NCBI GenBank assembly: GCA_946965045.2
Contig: OX337233.1
Location: 2,108,001 to 2,172,000 of the forward strand
Origin: Epithemia pelagica
Taxonomy: Eukaryota; Protista; Bacillariophyta
Direction of reading: 5' to 3'
DNA length: 64,000 nt
Numbering within the stretch: position 1 is the first letter of the stretch; each line of letters begins with the position of its first letter. The notes beneath the pieces were generated by a model. The model was given only the letters and a program-made list of their open reading frames with translations. It was not told the DNA's origin and ran no database searches. A program made the position numbers and the translations under genes. This document shows, piece by piece, positions 23,801 through 33,590 of the stretch.

Positions 23801-24226
23801 AGTAAGCGACAAGCCACAGTGGAGACAGCCACGTATGGATCTGAATTTGTTGCCGCAAGGACTGCAGTTGATCAGATCACGGAGCTACGCCTTACACTCC
23901 GATACTTGGGAGTCCCTCTACGAGAGAAGAGTTATATGTTTGGAGATAACCGCTCTGTCGTTATCAATAGCACCGCACCACACTCAATCATCTCCAAGAG
24001 GCACCATCTCCTATCCTATCACCGAGTCCGTGAAGCTATCGCTGCAAAGTACGTCGCATTCTACTGGAAAGATGGAAAGACAAACCCAGCCGATATCCTC
24101 AGTAAACATTGGGAATTCGCCGCAGTTTGGCCCATGCTCAGATCTTTGTTATTCTGGAGAGGAAAAATCCAGGAAAGTGATGAGGGAATTGACAATCCTC
24201 ATTCGACGAATTGTGGGGAGTGTTAG
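20852..24226 (+). CDS. Copia Pol fragment (IN, chromo-like segment, RT, RNase H)
   Basis: FRPFFGW, VATDSIFSDTP, ISDGG, NKAENRY (integrase). VFDVKHDGRHKARLVADG, ADIGNAYLEA, ALYGLKSSG, YVDDL (RT). YVDAN, TYGSEF, GDN, NPADILSK (RNase H). Confidence 0.92.
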   Translation, partial: QHIHGPDTPSFFSIYADQDGNDPTLHASVHKLYKEQYDWKKFRPFFGWQSEDVIADTFKHATRHGHISFDQDTLKKHFKARNPILNLPRRHEPVATDSIFSDTPAVNHGGKIAQIFVGRDTLVTDIYGIKSTKQFVNTLQDNIRTRGVMETLISDGGSSLISHKVKDILRTLLIGEYRSEPYHQHQNKAENRYQTVKRMTNAIMNASGCPASAWLLCLEYVCDLLNHTSSPTHSGRTPLEALTGTPPDITHLLFFPFWDEVYYRVDPSEPTSGSYPSSPDEKIGHWVGFAHNVGDAFTWKILTADNVIIYRSAVRRVASTTPNLRVDISSGEESPHKPTDKQGDTVFIRSRSEDPSTPMPTIDYDDLVGRTFLCDIEENGERHRARVIKRVVDLEQDATKQEDRLKYIFRKSNSNVDEMISYNQLMEYIERDNQAQTTGDSLFRFRDVIAHQGPLNSSDPDYKGSKYNVLVDWETGETTYEPLSLIANDDPITVAIYAKKNGLLDLPGWKHLKRYVKTSKRLIRAAKQSRIKQVRRSIKYKFGFQVPRTYEEAVELDKQFGNTKWQDATELELSQIQSYNTFKDHGKAKLINGKLANAPEGYHKIRVHLVFDVKHDGRHKARLVADGHLTKEPVETIYSGVVSIRNLRIAIFLGTMNDMEIWGADIGNAYLEALTGEKIFIIAGPEFKELEGHILIIYKALYGLKSSGARWHDKLFDVLIDMGFSPSKADPDIWMKKAPGEDCYEYIAVYVDDLAIVAMDPEAVCKIFTEKYNFKLKGVGPIEYHLGCRYTKDPDGTLVSDPRRYIEKMMDTYERLFNEKPKKAKPPVIANDHPELDDSELLDEEGTQHFQTLIGQLQWLITIGRFDVFPATMTLSRFRAAPRIGHLKRAKRIYGYLMSFPDGSIRFRTGEPDLSALPIQEYDWSRTVYMDAKERIPEDCPTPLGRFVTTIHYVDANLMHDMVTGKAVTAILHFVNGTPVDWYSKRQATVETATYGSEFVAARTAVDQITELRLTLRYLGVPLREKSYMFGDNRSVVINSTAPHSIISKRHHLLSYHRVREAIAAKYVAFYWKDGKTNPADILSKHWEFAAVWPMLRSLLFWRGKIQESDEGIDNPHSTNCGEC

Positions 24227-24817
24227 GATTCTCACCGAAAACTAGGTGGCGAAACCTACAACTCATCGAATGATGCTAGTATTTTATGGCATCCGATGAC
24301 ATTTTCCTAAAAGTGAGAAAAGAATGTCGGCATGCTCGCGAAACTATAAATTTGGCCACGGCATTCTCGCAGTGCACGCGTTATCGGCGACCGCTCGGAT
24401 ATTAACTATGGCCCAACACGTGCGCGCCCAAAACTATCAAGTGCGCGCCTCTACTATCCGAGTACGCGCATCCACGATTCGACCTAACGGTCTATGTAAT
24501 CAAAGCACGAATCACGATCACGCGAGACCATATCTCTGTTCCCACAAATCCAAGAATGCAAACAGCAACGCGCCCAGGACAAGACTTATACCACAACAAA
24601 GCAAGAGCTGTTGCATCCCATACATGTTATCCATCACCCTATACATTCAATATACACCAATGCCGGTCTACTCCAACCAGTGAGGACCTATCACATCAGA
24701 TCCATGGCCGTATACAAGAGCCAGGACTTCGGCACCATCAACCACCTTAGTTAGTAATCTTCTCACAATCATTAATATCACCATTTTAACACTCATCTTA
24801 AGACTAACCTCTTATCA
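24221..24817 (+). repeat. 3' LTR of the truncated copia
   Basis: Starts TGTTAG directly after the PPT. The right end is ambiguous: TTAACA at 24791 or TTATCA at 24817. Contains three imperfect 21-bp repeats at 24420-24482. Confidence 0.65.
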
Positions 24818-24938
24818 GTGGACCGACTGCCCCCACCCACGGCGGACTTCGACTTGCAACTCTTCTCTGACCCGTGGAGGATTGTTGTATCGGTTGGTGA
24901 TTCGATTGTCGGCTCAGCGAGCCTTTTACCTATCCTAC

Positions 24939-26141
24939 CTATCTATCTAACCCCTGTTGAATCGAGAGAAGTTTATCAACAACATCAAGTGAAGCATGGA
25001 CTAAATCCTGGTACAACTTATTCGATGATGGTATGTACGATACAACAATATTTGATTGACCACATGGCCTCTTGTCAGGATCCAATGTAGTTGTTTGGAA
25101 CACGTAGCAGTTTCTCTCGTGTGCTCTAGGATCATGGACATAAGCAGTTGAGTCTTGAAGGTTTTGATATAAAGCTTGCGTGACATACCGGCGACAGCCA
25201 TGTCTATTTGATGCAGATTGAGCAAACAAAGCACGGTAGAATAGTCTTCGATCTTGCACATCTTGGATCACGTTTTTGCCAAAACAATCAGGTGGAAGCA
25301 GTGGAGTGTCCGGATCAGCATCATGAAATTGTATGCTGTGAACAGTCTTCGGGATTTCCGAAGATGTGGTATAGTTGACAGTCCAGACATGGTTGATGGT
25401 TTTGATGAAACTGCCTTTAGCTGGAAGGCCAGTCTTGTATACCAAGCGCAACCACGAAAGGGGTAGTGGTACAAGAGGTGATGTCGTAATTGAACACCCA
25501 ATCCCACTCTATACATCGCTGAAAAGTTTCGTTGGATCCGATATGAAGGCAGACGTCCAGAACACAGAAGAATAAGGAAAAATAATAATGGTGGTGCGGA
25601 ATATGTCATCGTGTTGGTCAGAACACAATTCTTTGGAGGTACGAATTCTGTGGACGACTTCGTAGTATGGGGTCTGTTCCGGAATACGTGGTTTCTGGTG
25701 TGAACGTGACAGAACACAATCCACTAAAAAGGCCCCATGCAACTCATGGGTCATCTGCAGAGGTACAGCATCTTGGATGACCCATTTATGACTTGAAGGA
25801 ATAGAAAGAGACGTTTGCAAACTTGAGAAACCACGCATGAGAATATGACGAATTAGACTTGGAATATCTGGCACAGACATTCTGCTCTTGGTGAAAGGGA
25901 GACCGTCTGTAAAATGTAGCTTGCACTGGCGAATGAAGATGGCTTGGAAGGAGGAGGGGAGAGACAGAGAGAGCATTTCGGTCAGAAATAGCTTGAAGTC
26001 ATCTGTGTCAAAGCAGAAACGTTCGTGCTTCACAGGATTGCGAACAGACTGATAGACGTGGATGATTCCTGGAGGACGGTGGCATTTAGAATTGCTCTTC
26101 TGTTTGGCTAATGGGCGGTTCTTTTTCTTACGGGGAGACAT
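24939..26141 (-). pseudogene. About 400-codon ORF of unknown function interrupted by one in-frame TAG
   Basis: ORFs 25509-26141 and 24939-25451 are in the same frame. Only TAG at 25511-25509 separates them, and the 19 intervening codons are open. Starts MSPRKKK. Confidence 0.5.
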
Positions 26142-26261
26142 GGTGGATGGTATGTGTCGAAAAGGAAAGTGAGGTGGTACGAAGCAACAGAAATTAATGG
26201 TGGAGGAACGATGAGGAAGCTACGCTAAGATATGAGGAGTTTATCAATCCGTGACTGACTT

Positions 26262-26356
26262 CGACAAATCACGTAGGTGCAAACTGTGCACTCATTTGTT
26301 CGGACAAATGACCGCAATGCAACCATTTGTCGTTTGCACTCAAATGTTGTGTAACA
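26262..26356. repeat. Second ATTTGT/ACAAAT inverted-repeat cluster (candidate right end of a DNA element)
   Basis: CATTTGT-TCGG-ACAAATG (26293-26310), plus CGACAAAT, CATTTGTCG and CAAATGTTG within about 95 bp. Confidence 0.5.
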
Positions 26357-27043
26357 GATCTCCAAACGGGACCGCAAGCTAGAGAGGGGTAAGGTTAGGT
26401 GCTCAAGCTAGCTAGCTAGAGTGTACCCGTCGCTGCGAAATTTAAGATTTTTGTGAGAAGGCTGCAGACTTGTTCAATAAGAACAACATCTTTCATTGCG
26501 GACGACCATGAGCACTGGTAGGAACCAATCATCATTGCACAGAGAGGAAAAGTGAAGAAGCAGAAGCATGAGCGATTCTGACGATGAACTTTACACGCGG
26601 CTCAAATTTTCGTCGGAGCCCTTTTGCTAGAGGGATGCATTGGCGACCACGACGAACCTAACAGAATTGAGTTACGGACAACAAGGGCGCGCGCAAAGTA
26701 GCCTCGAACTAAGGAGACATGGTGAGGGTAGAATGGAAAGTGGACATTTCTAGGTTGTGACTTTTGTTGCCTAATGGTGGAATGAATCCATCAATTTCTC
26801 TACTACTACGGAGCAATCCATTGAACTAACTAAAACATGCTTGTATAGCTTGTGTACTTCCCGACATCCATCCACCACACAACAGTAGGATTCGTCGGAT
26901 TCGGTGTTTGCGCGTCTTGTGTGTGATCGTTTGTGTGGGTGGACTCTGAACGAGCATCCGCGAAATCATTGTGTCCATTTTTTCTATCTTGCCAAAAGTC
27001 AAGGTCCTGGACCACAATGCTCGTCACATTCTGGTACTCTTTT

Positions 27044-27931
27044 TCAAAAGTCTCCCATGCCCATCCCGGTGGGGTCCATCCCTCCCATTCCATTGCCAAG
27101 TTCGCCACGTTGTTGCTTCATCATGGTTTCTCCAATGACCTTTCTCATATTGTCGTCACCGGAATCATACATGTCTTTCATGAGCTCCATAATGGAAGCT
27201 TGCGGGTTACTTTCAGTTGCCTTCTTTTCCTTTTTGGACTTTTTCGCCGTGAGTTGGGACCAATAATCATAGCCTCCGTATTCACCCTGTTTCACCTTGG
27301 CCAATTTGACCAAGAGACGGTCCTTCTTGACCACAATCTTGCTTTTTTCGGGATCAATGTCCTTTTCCAAATTGTCCTTCCACAAACGATAAGATTTCGA
27401 ATTCAAGTCCTTGATAATCAAATCAAAGGAATCGGACGTAAACTGGCAGATAATTTGGTCACGGGGAATGGAACCCACCCCCATAAGTTCAATGTACAGC
27501 GTAACAAAGGGAGCATTGTAACCACCCGCATCAAAGGCAAACTTATCAATCGAAACATATTTGACCGACGACGATGACGACGGGACAAAAGGAGTTGCAG
27601 GAGTCGTGGTCGTTGCTACGGGAGCAGGGGAAGGCGTGGTTGTGGTTTGCGTTTCTTCTTTTAATGACGGCTCTTGTGCTTGTTCAAGTCGCTGCTTGGA
27701 TTGTTCCACTCTCGCCAATGCTTCACTTTCTTTCCGTAGCCGTTTGGCCAACGATTCCAGTTGCATTCGGGCCGAAACCCGCGTTATGGTTGCTGCTACT
27801 TTTTCAATCTCTTCTGCATCTAATCGACGTTCTTCCGACACCGAAACTGCTGGTTCTTCCTTGGATGGGCCTTCTTCTTCTTCCTTGGTGGCAGTTGGCG
27901 TTGTGGAAGAAATTTCTTCAATGGCGACCAT
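27044..27931 (-). CDS. CACYBP: Calcyclin-binding protein / Siah-interacting protein (CS and SGS domains)
   Basis: VSIDKFAFD...FVTLYI, SFDLIIKDL, IDPEKSKIVVK, NPQASIMELMKDMYDSGDDNMRKVIGE. Confidence 0.9.
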   Translation of the reverse strand: MVAIEEISSTTPTATKEEEEGPSKEEPAVSVSEERRLDAEEIEKVAATITRVSARMQLESLAKRLRKESEALARVEQSKQRLEQAQEPSLKEETQTTTTPSPAPVATTTTPATPFVPSSSSSVKYVSIDKFAFDAGGYNAPFVTLYIELMGVGSIPRDQIICQFTSDSFDLIIKDLNSKSYRLWKDNLEKDIDPEKSKIVVKKDRLLVKLAKVKQGEYGGYDYWSQLTAKKSKKEKKATESNPQASIMELMKDMYDSGDDNMRKVIGETMMKQQRGELGNGMGGMDPTGMGMGDF

Positions 27932-28334
27932 GGTGGTATTTGATTGATTCGTACAAAGGCGTCTACCTAGTGCGGCACGGCAACTTCAGAAAGAAACGGT
28001 ATCTCGGTTCCGAAGTCAATCAAGACAATGAAACAACTGCAGTTGGCAAACGCAACGAGGAACTTCGTATGTGAGCAGTAGCGAAAACAATTTTCTCGAT
28101 CCGCCACCTTCCACCATTTTCGGTAGGTTTCCGAAGCTTAAAAGCGATCCATGTGCGGCAATATTTAAGCGACCTGAAAGCGGTTTTGGACTCTCGCTAC
28201 TACCTAGAGTGAGGAAGAGATAGAGAGAGCCTCCTCTCTCCTCTTGCACCCAATCGGTTAAAGTGTTCTCATGATACGTGACTCATTCTTTCACGAGTCC
28301 CACATTATTCTCACAAATTACAACACGCCACACT

Positions 28335-29975
28335 ATGCACACCAGAACTATCATCATCATGAAAATCAAAGTCGGGGACGATAACATCATCCTTTCCAGC
28401 AGAGAAGAGTACAAGGATTTCTTGGCTGAAGAAGGTGTAAAGTTTCTACGAGACTGGGGCGGCAACAGGGTCGGAGGCTTCGAATCCCTCGTGAACGGCG
28501 GCACGTATTCATTGGGTCCGCCAATAGCAGCTGATAGGGGCGGAGGAGGGGGGGTTGACGTGAGTCTGGCCTGGACTAGGTCGGTGTCAACAGCTATCCG
28601 TACCATGAGCGATGTTGGCACGAATCTTCAACAACTTGGTGCCTTTCTTCTGGAGCCACCGCAAGTTCGAGCCCGTGTCGACCATGCTGCGTTTGGCAGT
28701 TGGAAGACGCTCGTTCCTGAAGAGACCCTCCTGCGATACTTCGAACCAGTTCATGGCGGAGACTTCTGTCGTGCATTATCCATACAGATATCCCATCTTC
28801 TTTTCAATCCCTCGATTGTTGTTGGTGAAAGCAAAGACGGATGCCACAGCCGACTTGATCAGTGCATTACGGCGTTCTTAAACAACTTTGCTCCTGAATT
28901 CACTCTTCGTCGCAATTCTTCGAGAGACTCCAGTAGCTCCCCATTGCTTCAACCCGACTTCAGTGCCACTTTACCTGGGCATGGATGCTTCTTCCGGGGT
29001 GAGGAGAAGAAGATTGGCTCTGATGAAAATCCTCAAGCAGAACTGTACGAGAAGCTACAAAGAGTCTGGCCATTTCCTGGCTTAAGTTATGTACTTGGCT
29101 ACCATTCTGTGGGCACGGTGGTCACCTTCAGCAGGGTCCAAGTTGGTTCCGCAGATAATGTTACACTCCCGATGCGTTTGGATGACGCATCTGTCAGACT
29201 AGAGTGTTGGAATGTTGTTCGGAACGTAGCAAGAATCATCAAATTTATGGCGCTGTATTCCACATCAATTTCGCCTCAAGACTTGCAGGATATAGAGAAT
29301 GGATCTACTGCCGGGCGTGATTGGACCCGGATCATCAGCTTCAGCGGTGGTCATGTTCAGAAACAGATAAATCTGCGGGGCAATGAGACACATGAAAGGA
29401 TGAAACGTGTTCTCGCTGTTTTGGCAAGAATCAAGGACGGCGTTCCAGGTGTCCAACCTATCGTGTCATTCAACTTTTCCTCCTCTGTGGTAGATTCAAG
29501 GAAGCGTCGGAGGGTTCCACCGAGATTTTACTTGATGACAACGCTTGGTGAAAAAATACCAATGATAAAGAACACAGACCACCTGCGACAGGTTGTTCGG
29601 TTTCTGCTTCAAACAATTGAAGAATTGCACCACCGTGGTGTAACACATAGGGACATTCGCCTACCCAATATTGTGAAAAGCCCAGTTGATGGAAGCTACG
29701 GACTCATCGACTGGGATGATAGTGTAAACGCCCTTCATGGCCTTCCGAATGCTGACGTTTCGCATTTGGAGAGGCAGTCCCATGCCCCGGAAATGTTTAT
29801 CGAGGGCGGCAACCACGACCGAACAGTTGATCTATGGTCGGTCGGGTACCTTATCGACCAAAATAGCGAACACGCTGACGCTGGCCTTAATGTTCTTAAG
29901 ACAGAGCTCCTCAAAGCTGCTCCCGAACGTCCTCAATGTCGCACGGCGCTGGGGCTCCTAGATGCAACGCATTGA
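28335..29975 (+). CDS. Crinkler (CR)-type protein: short Ubl-like header, PD-(D/E)xK nuclease-like domain, Ser/Thr kinase
   Basis: Intronless. Header ending GFESLVNGGTYSLGPP. QPDF...FRGEEK. HRDIRLPNIV, IDWD, HAPE, VDLWSVG. Start is ATG 28335 or 28359. Confidence 0.7.
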   Translation: MHTRTIIIMKIKVGDDNIILSSREEYKDFLAEEGVKFLRDWGGNRVGGFESLVNGGTYSLGPPIAADRGGGGGVDVSLAWTRSVSTAIRTMSDVGTNLQQLGAFLLEPPQVRARVDHAAFGSWKTLVPEETLLRYFEPVHGGDFCRALSIQISHLLFNPSIVVGESKDGCHSRLDQCITAFLNNFAPEFTLRRNSSRDSSSSPLLQPDFSATLPGHGCFFRGEEKKIGSDENPQAELYEKLQRVWPFPGLSYVLGYHSVGTVVTFSRVQVGSADNVTLPMRLDDASVRLECWNVVRNVARIIKFMALYSTSISPQDLQDIENGSTAGRDWTRIISFSGGHVQKQINLRGNETHERMKRVLAVLARIKDGVPGVQPIVSFNFSSSVVDSRKRRRVPPRFYLMTTLGEKIPMIKNTDHLRQVVRFLLQTIEELHHRGVTHRDIRLPNIVKSPVDGSYGLIDWDDSVNALHGLPNADVSHLERQSHAPEMFIEGGNHDRTVDLWSVGYLIDQNSEHADAGLNVLKTELLKAAPERPQCRTALGLLDATH

Positions 29976-30393
29976 TGCAGCAATTCGCTACGAAAAAATA
30001 TAGGAGAAGGAACTCAACCGAATCGAAAAATCGCAACTGAAAAGACAACAATACAAACTCGGGGATAGACACAACTGCGTTGCCCAAGACCCTTACTCCG
30101 AAACCGTGTCCGTAGTTCAGAGCAACAACGGAAGGGAAGAAACTAAGGCCATTGCTTACAAGTAGCCAATCCAATCCGTGAGCGTTGGACGTCATCGAAA
30201 ACGTCATCTTTACGTCACGAATCAGGGTAATTTTGGCTCTCCGGACTCCGGATTGGTCCAGGTCCTGTACTACCGACACTACTATAGAGATACACGTACA
30301 GTATCGCTGGCGTTCGACTTCGACGGTCCCCCTAACTCTAATGAGAGTAGACAATTCAAACAGATTTAGTAGTCAATTTCAAAGCGTAGATTT

Positions 30394-30433
30394 GGGGGGG
30401 AGTGTTGGGGGTCTTGGGGGGGGGCAGCGCGGG
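30394..30433 (+). other. Potential G-quadruplex motif
   Basis: G7-AGTGTT-G5-TCTT-G9-CAGCGC-G3 matches the G3+N1-7 pattern. Confidence 0.5.
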
Positions 30434-30739
30434 TTCTTGTTTTGGATTGGTAAGCGGTAAGCTTGCCAATAGGCGCGATGTCAGCAATCCGGATTGGATT
30501 GGCAACGTGTAAGCATTGGCCTAAGTCCTGTGGCATATTCACTATTCACAAATACGGGGAACACTTCTTGTAACAGCAAGGAGGGGCCAGAGCGGAAGTG
30601 AATGTTTATAGTTTATAGTGGCACATGCATAAAGTTGCACTTGGCAACAAAGCCATTCAAAACAACAACGAAGGGGTAATCTGAAGTAAACGATAAACAG
30701 AAAAGTAGAGGAAACAAGTCAAGCGAGAACCTGCCAATC

Positions 30740-33436
30740 ATGGACGACTCATCGAGCAGTCTCAACCGGCGGCGCCATCATCACAGTCACCACCGTTCGT
30801 CGCACCGTCCGGACGGCCCCGCGGCAGCGGTATCCACTCGAGAGCAGCAAGATCACATGTCACAAGCTCGAGCAGCGCGAGAACACATTGCAGTGGCCAA
30901 TCTGTTGCAACGCCAGCACGATGCCATGTTGATGCGTCATGGTCCATCCGTAGCGGCACATCAATTACGGGCGTCCTTGCATGCTCGAGAAGTGGCAGCC
31001 GCCGCAGCGGCCCATGGAACAACGCGATTGAGAGCTGACGCTGCAGCCACCACGGCTGCTCCCAATCCGGCAGCAGCCATTGTCTTGGCACAACAGCAAG
31101 CGCAAGCGGCACCCTCCGCAGTTACCGCAGGTCCGGCCGCCACTGCGGCACAACAACATGTCTTGGTGCAAGTCGTTCCGACCGCCGATGGTCGACTCGT
31201 CGCCCTGCCTGCCACATCCATTGGACAAGTGCCGAACCAACAATTGGTAATTAGTCATGCAAATGGCATGTTGGAAGTAGTGGAACAAGTTCCTTCTAGT
31301 TCGGTAGCACCAGCGGGTCGAGTGGTTCAGCATCATCCTCACCTTGCAACGACGGCAGCCGCATCCTCAACCTCGTCGACCTTGGATATCAATCGAGCCT
31401 TGGCCGGATTGTTGTCGACCGAACAACAGCAGCTGGCCGCTGCGCAAGAACAACAACAGCAACAACAACAAGCCTTGTTGTTGCAAGCTCGAATGGCTTC
31501 TTCTGCAGCTTCGCGTCTCATGATTCACCAAAACCAACAACGCGACAGCAGTAGGAGTAGCACGCACAGCAACATTGGTATGCCAGCTAGGACCAGAGAC
31601 CGTCGTCATGGGTCCTCTTCTCGACCTTCGGCAATGCGAGATAAGGAGGAAGAGGACAACGAAGAAGACGACCAACGGCAACCACAAGAAGAGGACGAGG
31701 AAGAAGAAGAAGACGGCCAACATGGACAAGAGGAGGGCGAGGAGGAGGAAGAAGAAGAGGAACTGGTGCTAGCGTCTCGTCGCCACCGCAGGATACAAAA
31801 GGTTGCTCCGACAGAAGGATCGTCCAACGAGGACGACGAAGAAGATGTTGTTGTCGGCAATAATGAGGACGATGATGCCGATTGTGGGGGCAGTCAAAGT
31901 AGCAGCTGTCGAAGAATAGCGCACAGCAGTAGTGACGAATCAGTGGTGTTTGTGGGAAGTTCTCGACCGTCAACAACCAATGATACGAAGAATGACCACA
32001 GCAGCGATGCAAAAAGTGACAAGACGAACGACGATAAGAACGATGAACCCAATGCAGTTGCAGCAACCAACAGGAAATCGAGTCACACAGAGCCGAGACG
32101 TCCGAAAATTTCCCATCGTAGACCGGACGATGATGACACTACAATCGAGGACGATGACCAGACGGAAGTGGTGCGTGTCGATGACGATAAAGCAAGTGGT
32201 GACACAGCCATGGATGATTCGCAACGTAATGGTAGTGACGACGACATTGTCGTCTTGGATCAAGCTGATTATCGTCATAGTGACGCCAAAACATCCATGA
32301 ATCAGCAATCTTCCATCCAAAAATCATCCGACAGAAACAGGGAGGCCGATCTCTCGCGGATGGAAACCAATCGAGCACTGGCGGAAGCTGCTCGTACCGC
32401 CTTTTTGGCACGCGAGGAAGAACGGAGGGAACATAAGCAGACTTTGGCGCCGCATGAAGAAAAAAAGAGAAAAAGGAAGAGAATACCAGCTACAACCACC
32501 GTAGTTAACGACCGCGATGAATTGGGAGAGTCGGAGCAATCGGCCAGAAAACGAAGCTGGAACACGCTTCGTGATTCCAATCGGGAATACGCCCACCCAA
32601 ACGAGCAAGAAGATGGAGAAGATGATTCCGAAAATGACGAGGTCCACGTGGTGGATCGAGTAGTAAGAAGTCCATCGCAACCTCCACCAAACAAGAAACC
32701 CATCCGTCGAGTAGAACAAGATGATCACGCTGATGGTAAACAACAACATCAGCGATCCCGCACGGGTTCTGATGTAGCAGCATCGCCAGTGGGCACGGCA
32801 GCGGAAACACGGGCTTCCCCGAGTACGAACCGTCGAACTCACGATGCGATTCACGAAGCGCGAGCGGCGGCACAACGGCATCGTGAGGGGACGGGCGCAG
32901 AAAGACGGGCCAAACCACCCTCCTCCTCACGGAAAAGCCGTGTTCAACCGGAAGACGTGGATGAACGAATTGTTCGCGCACTTTCTGGTGATCCCTATTT
33001 CACAATGGATATGGTATGCCAAAATCAAGTCACCTTGACCAAAGAGCAACTCATGAGCATTCACGCCAAGTTCAATTTGCGACAGTCGAAACAAAAAGTA
33101 TACGCCGCCTATCAACAGGCGCAACCCTCCTATAGAGAGCATGAATTGCAGAAAGAAGTCCAAAGATTACGCAAACGGGTGAACGAGTTGCAAGAAGATC
33201 GGATGAAACAAGAGCAAAAACATAAACAAGTCTTGGAACAAGAAGTTCGCCGACAACAGCAGAGGTTGTTGGCACATCATGAGGAAGAAAAGCAACAATT
33301 TGCGGACAAACTAAGACTCATCAAGGTGAAACATGCAGAAGCGCTCAAGACACGAAAGACTGAGTATGAAGGAGCCGTACAATCCTACATGAAGAGTGCT
33401 GTCCATACTCTGAAACGCATACGAAAAAAGAAGTAG
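30740..33436 (+). CDS. Low-complexity (A/Q/D/E-rich) protein with a C-terminal coiled coil, function unknown
   Basis: Uninterrupted 898-aa ATG ORF with a heptad-rich, basic C-terminus. Confidence 0.7.
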   Translation: MDDSSSSLNRRRHHHSHHRSSHRPDGPAAAVSTREQQDHMSQARAAREHIAVANLLQRQHDAMLMRHGPSVAAHQLRASLHAREVAAAAAAHGTTRLRADAAATTAAPNPAAAIVLAQQQAQAAPSAVTAGPAATAAQQHVLVQVVPTADGRLVALPATSIGQVPNQQLVISHANGMLEVVEQVPSSSVAPAGRVVQHHPHLATTAAASSTSSTLDINRALAGLLSTEQQQLAAAQEQQQQQQQALLLQARMASSAASRLMIHQNQQRDSSRSSTHSNIGMPARTRDRRHGSSSRPSAMRDKEEEDNEEDDQRQPQEEDEEEEEDGQHGQEEGEEEEEEEELVLASRRHRRIQKVAPTEGSSNEDDEEDVVVGNNEDDDADCGGSQSSSCRRIAHSSSDESVVFVGSSRPSTTNDTKNDHSSDAKSDKTNDDKNDEPNAVAATNRKSSHTEPRRPKISHRRPDDDDTTIEDDDQTEVVRVDDDKASGDTAMDDSQRNGSDDDIVVLDQADYRHSDAKTSMNQQSSIQKSSDRNREADLSRMETNRALAEAARTAFLAREEERREHKQTLAPHEEKKRKRKRIPATTTVVNDRDELGESEQSARKRSWNTLRDSNREYAHPNEQEDGEDDSENDEVHVVDRVVRSPSQPPPNKKPIRRVEQDDHADGKQQHQRSRTGSDVAASPVGTAAETRASPSTNRRTHDAIHEARAAAQRHREGTGAERRAKPPSSSRKSRVQPEDVDERIVRALSGDPYFTMDMVCQNQVTLTKEQLMSIHAKFNLRQSKQKVYAAYQQAQPSYREHELQKEVQRLRKRVNELQEDRMKQEQKHKQVLEQEVRRQQQRLLAHHEEEKQQFADKLRLIKVKHAEALKTRKTEYEGAVQSYMKSAVHTLKRIRKKK

Positions 33437-33590
33437 TGCTTCATGTTAATTAGAACGATCCCCTGTGGTAATAATGATATTAGAGGGCTATGAAAGGGAT
33501 GTTTACTAGGAGTAGAGTTCAAATTTAATTAGGTCTTCTATTATGCGAGCACACAGTCGTTATAACAGTAATGATAAAAGTACAACGAGA

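Larger units (their letters stand above)
20852..24817 (+). mobile_element. 5'-truncated Ty1/copia (CoDi-type) LTR retrotransposon: integrase-RT-RNase H plus 3' LTR
   Basis: No 5' LTR, gag or protease. The pol frame is open from 20852 to TAG at 24226. PPT GGGGAG at 24215-24220 is immediately followed by TGTTAG. Confidence 0.9.

Noticed and set aside
25490-25525. DV*SGIG as a broken DNA-methyltransferase motif I
   Set aside because: No downstream PC, ENV or other methyltransferase motifs were found; the resemblance is too short.
26385-26420. GGGGTAAGGTTAGG plus (CTAG)n as a telomeric or element-end signal
   Set aside because: It has only about two degenerate units, which is not distinguishable from chance.
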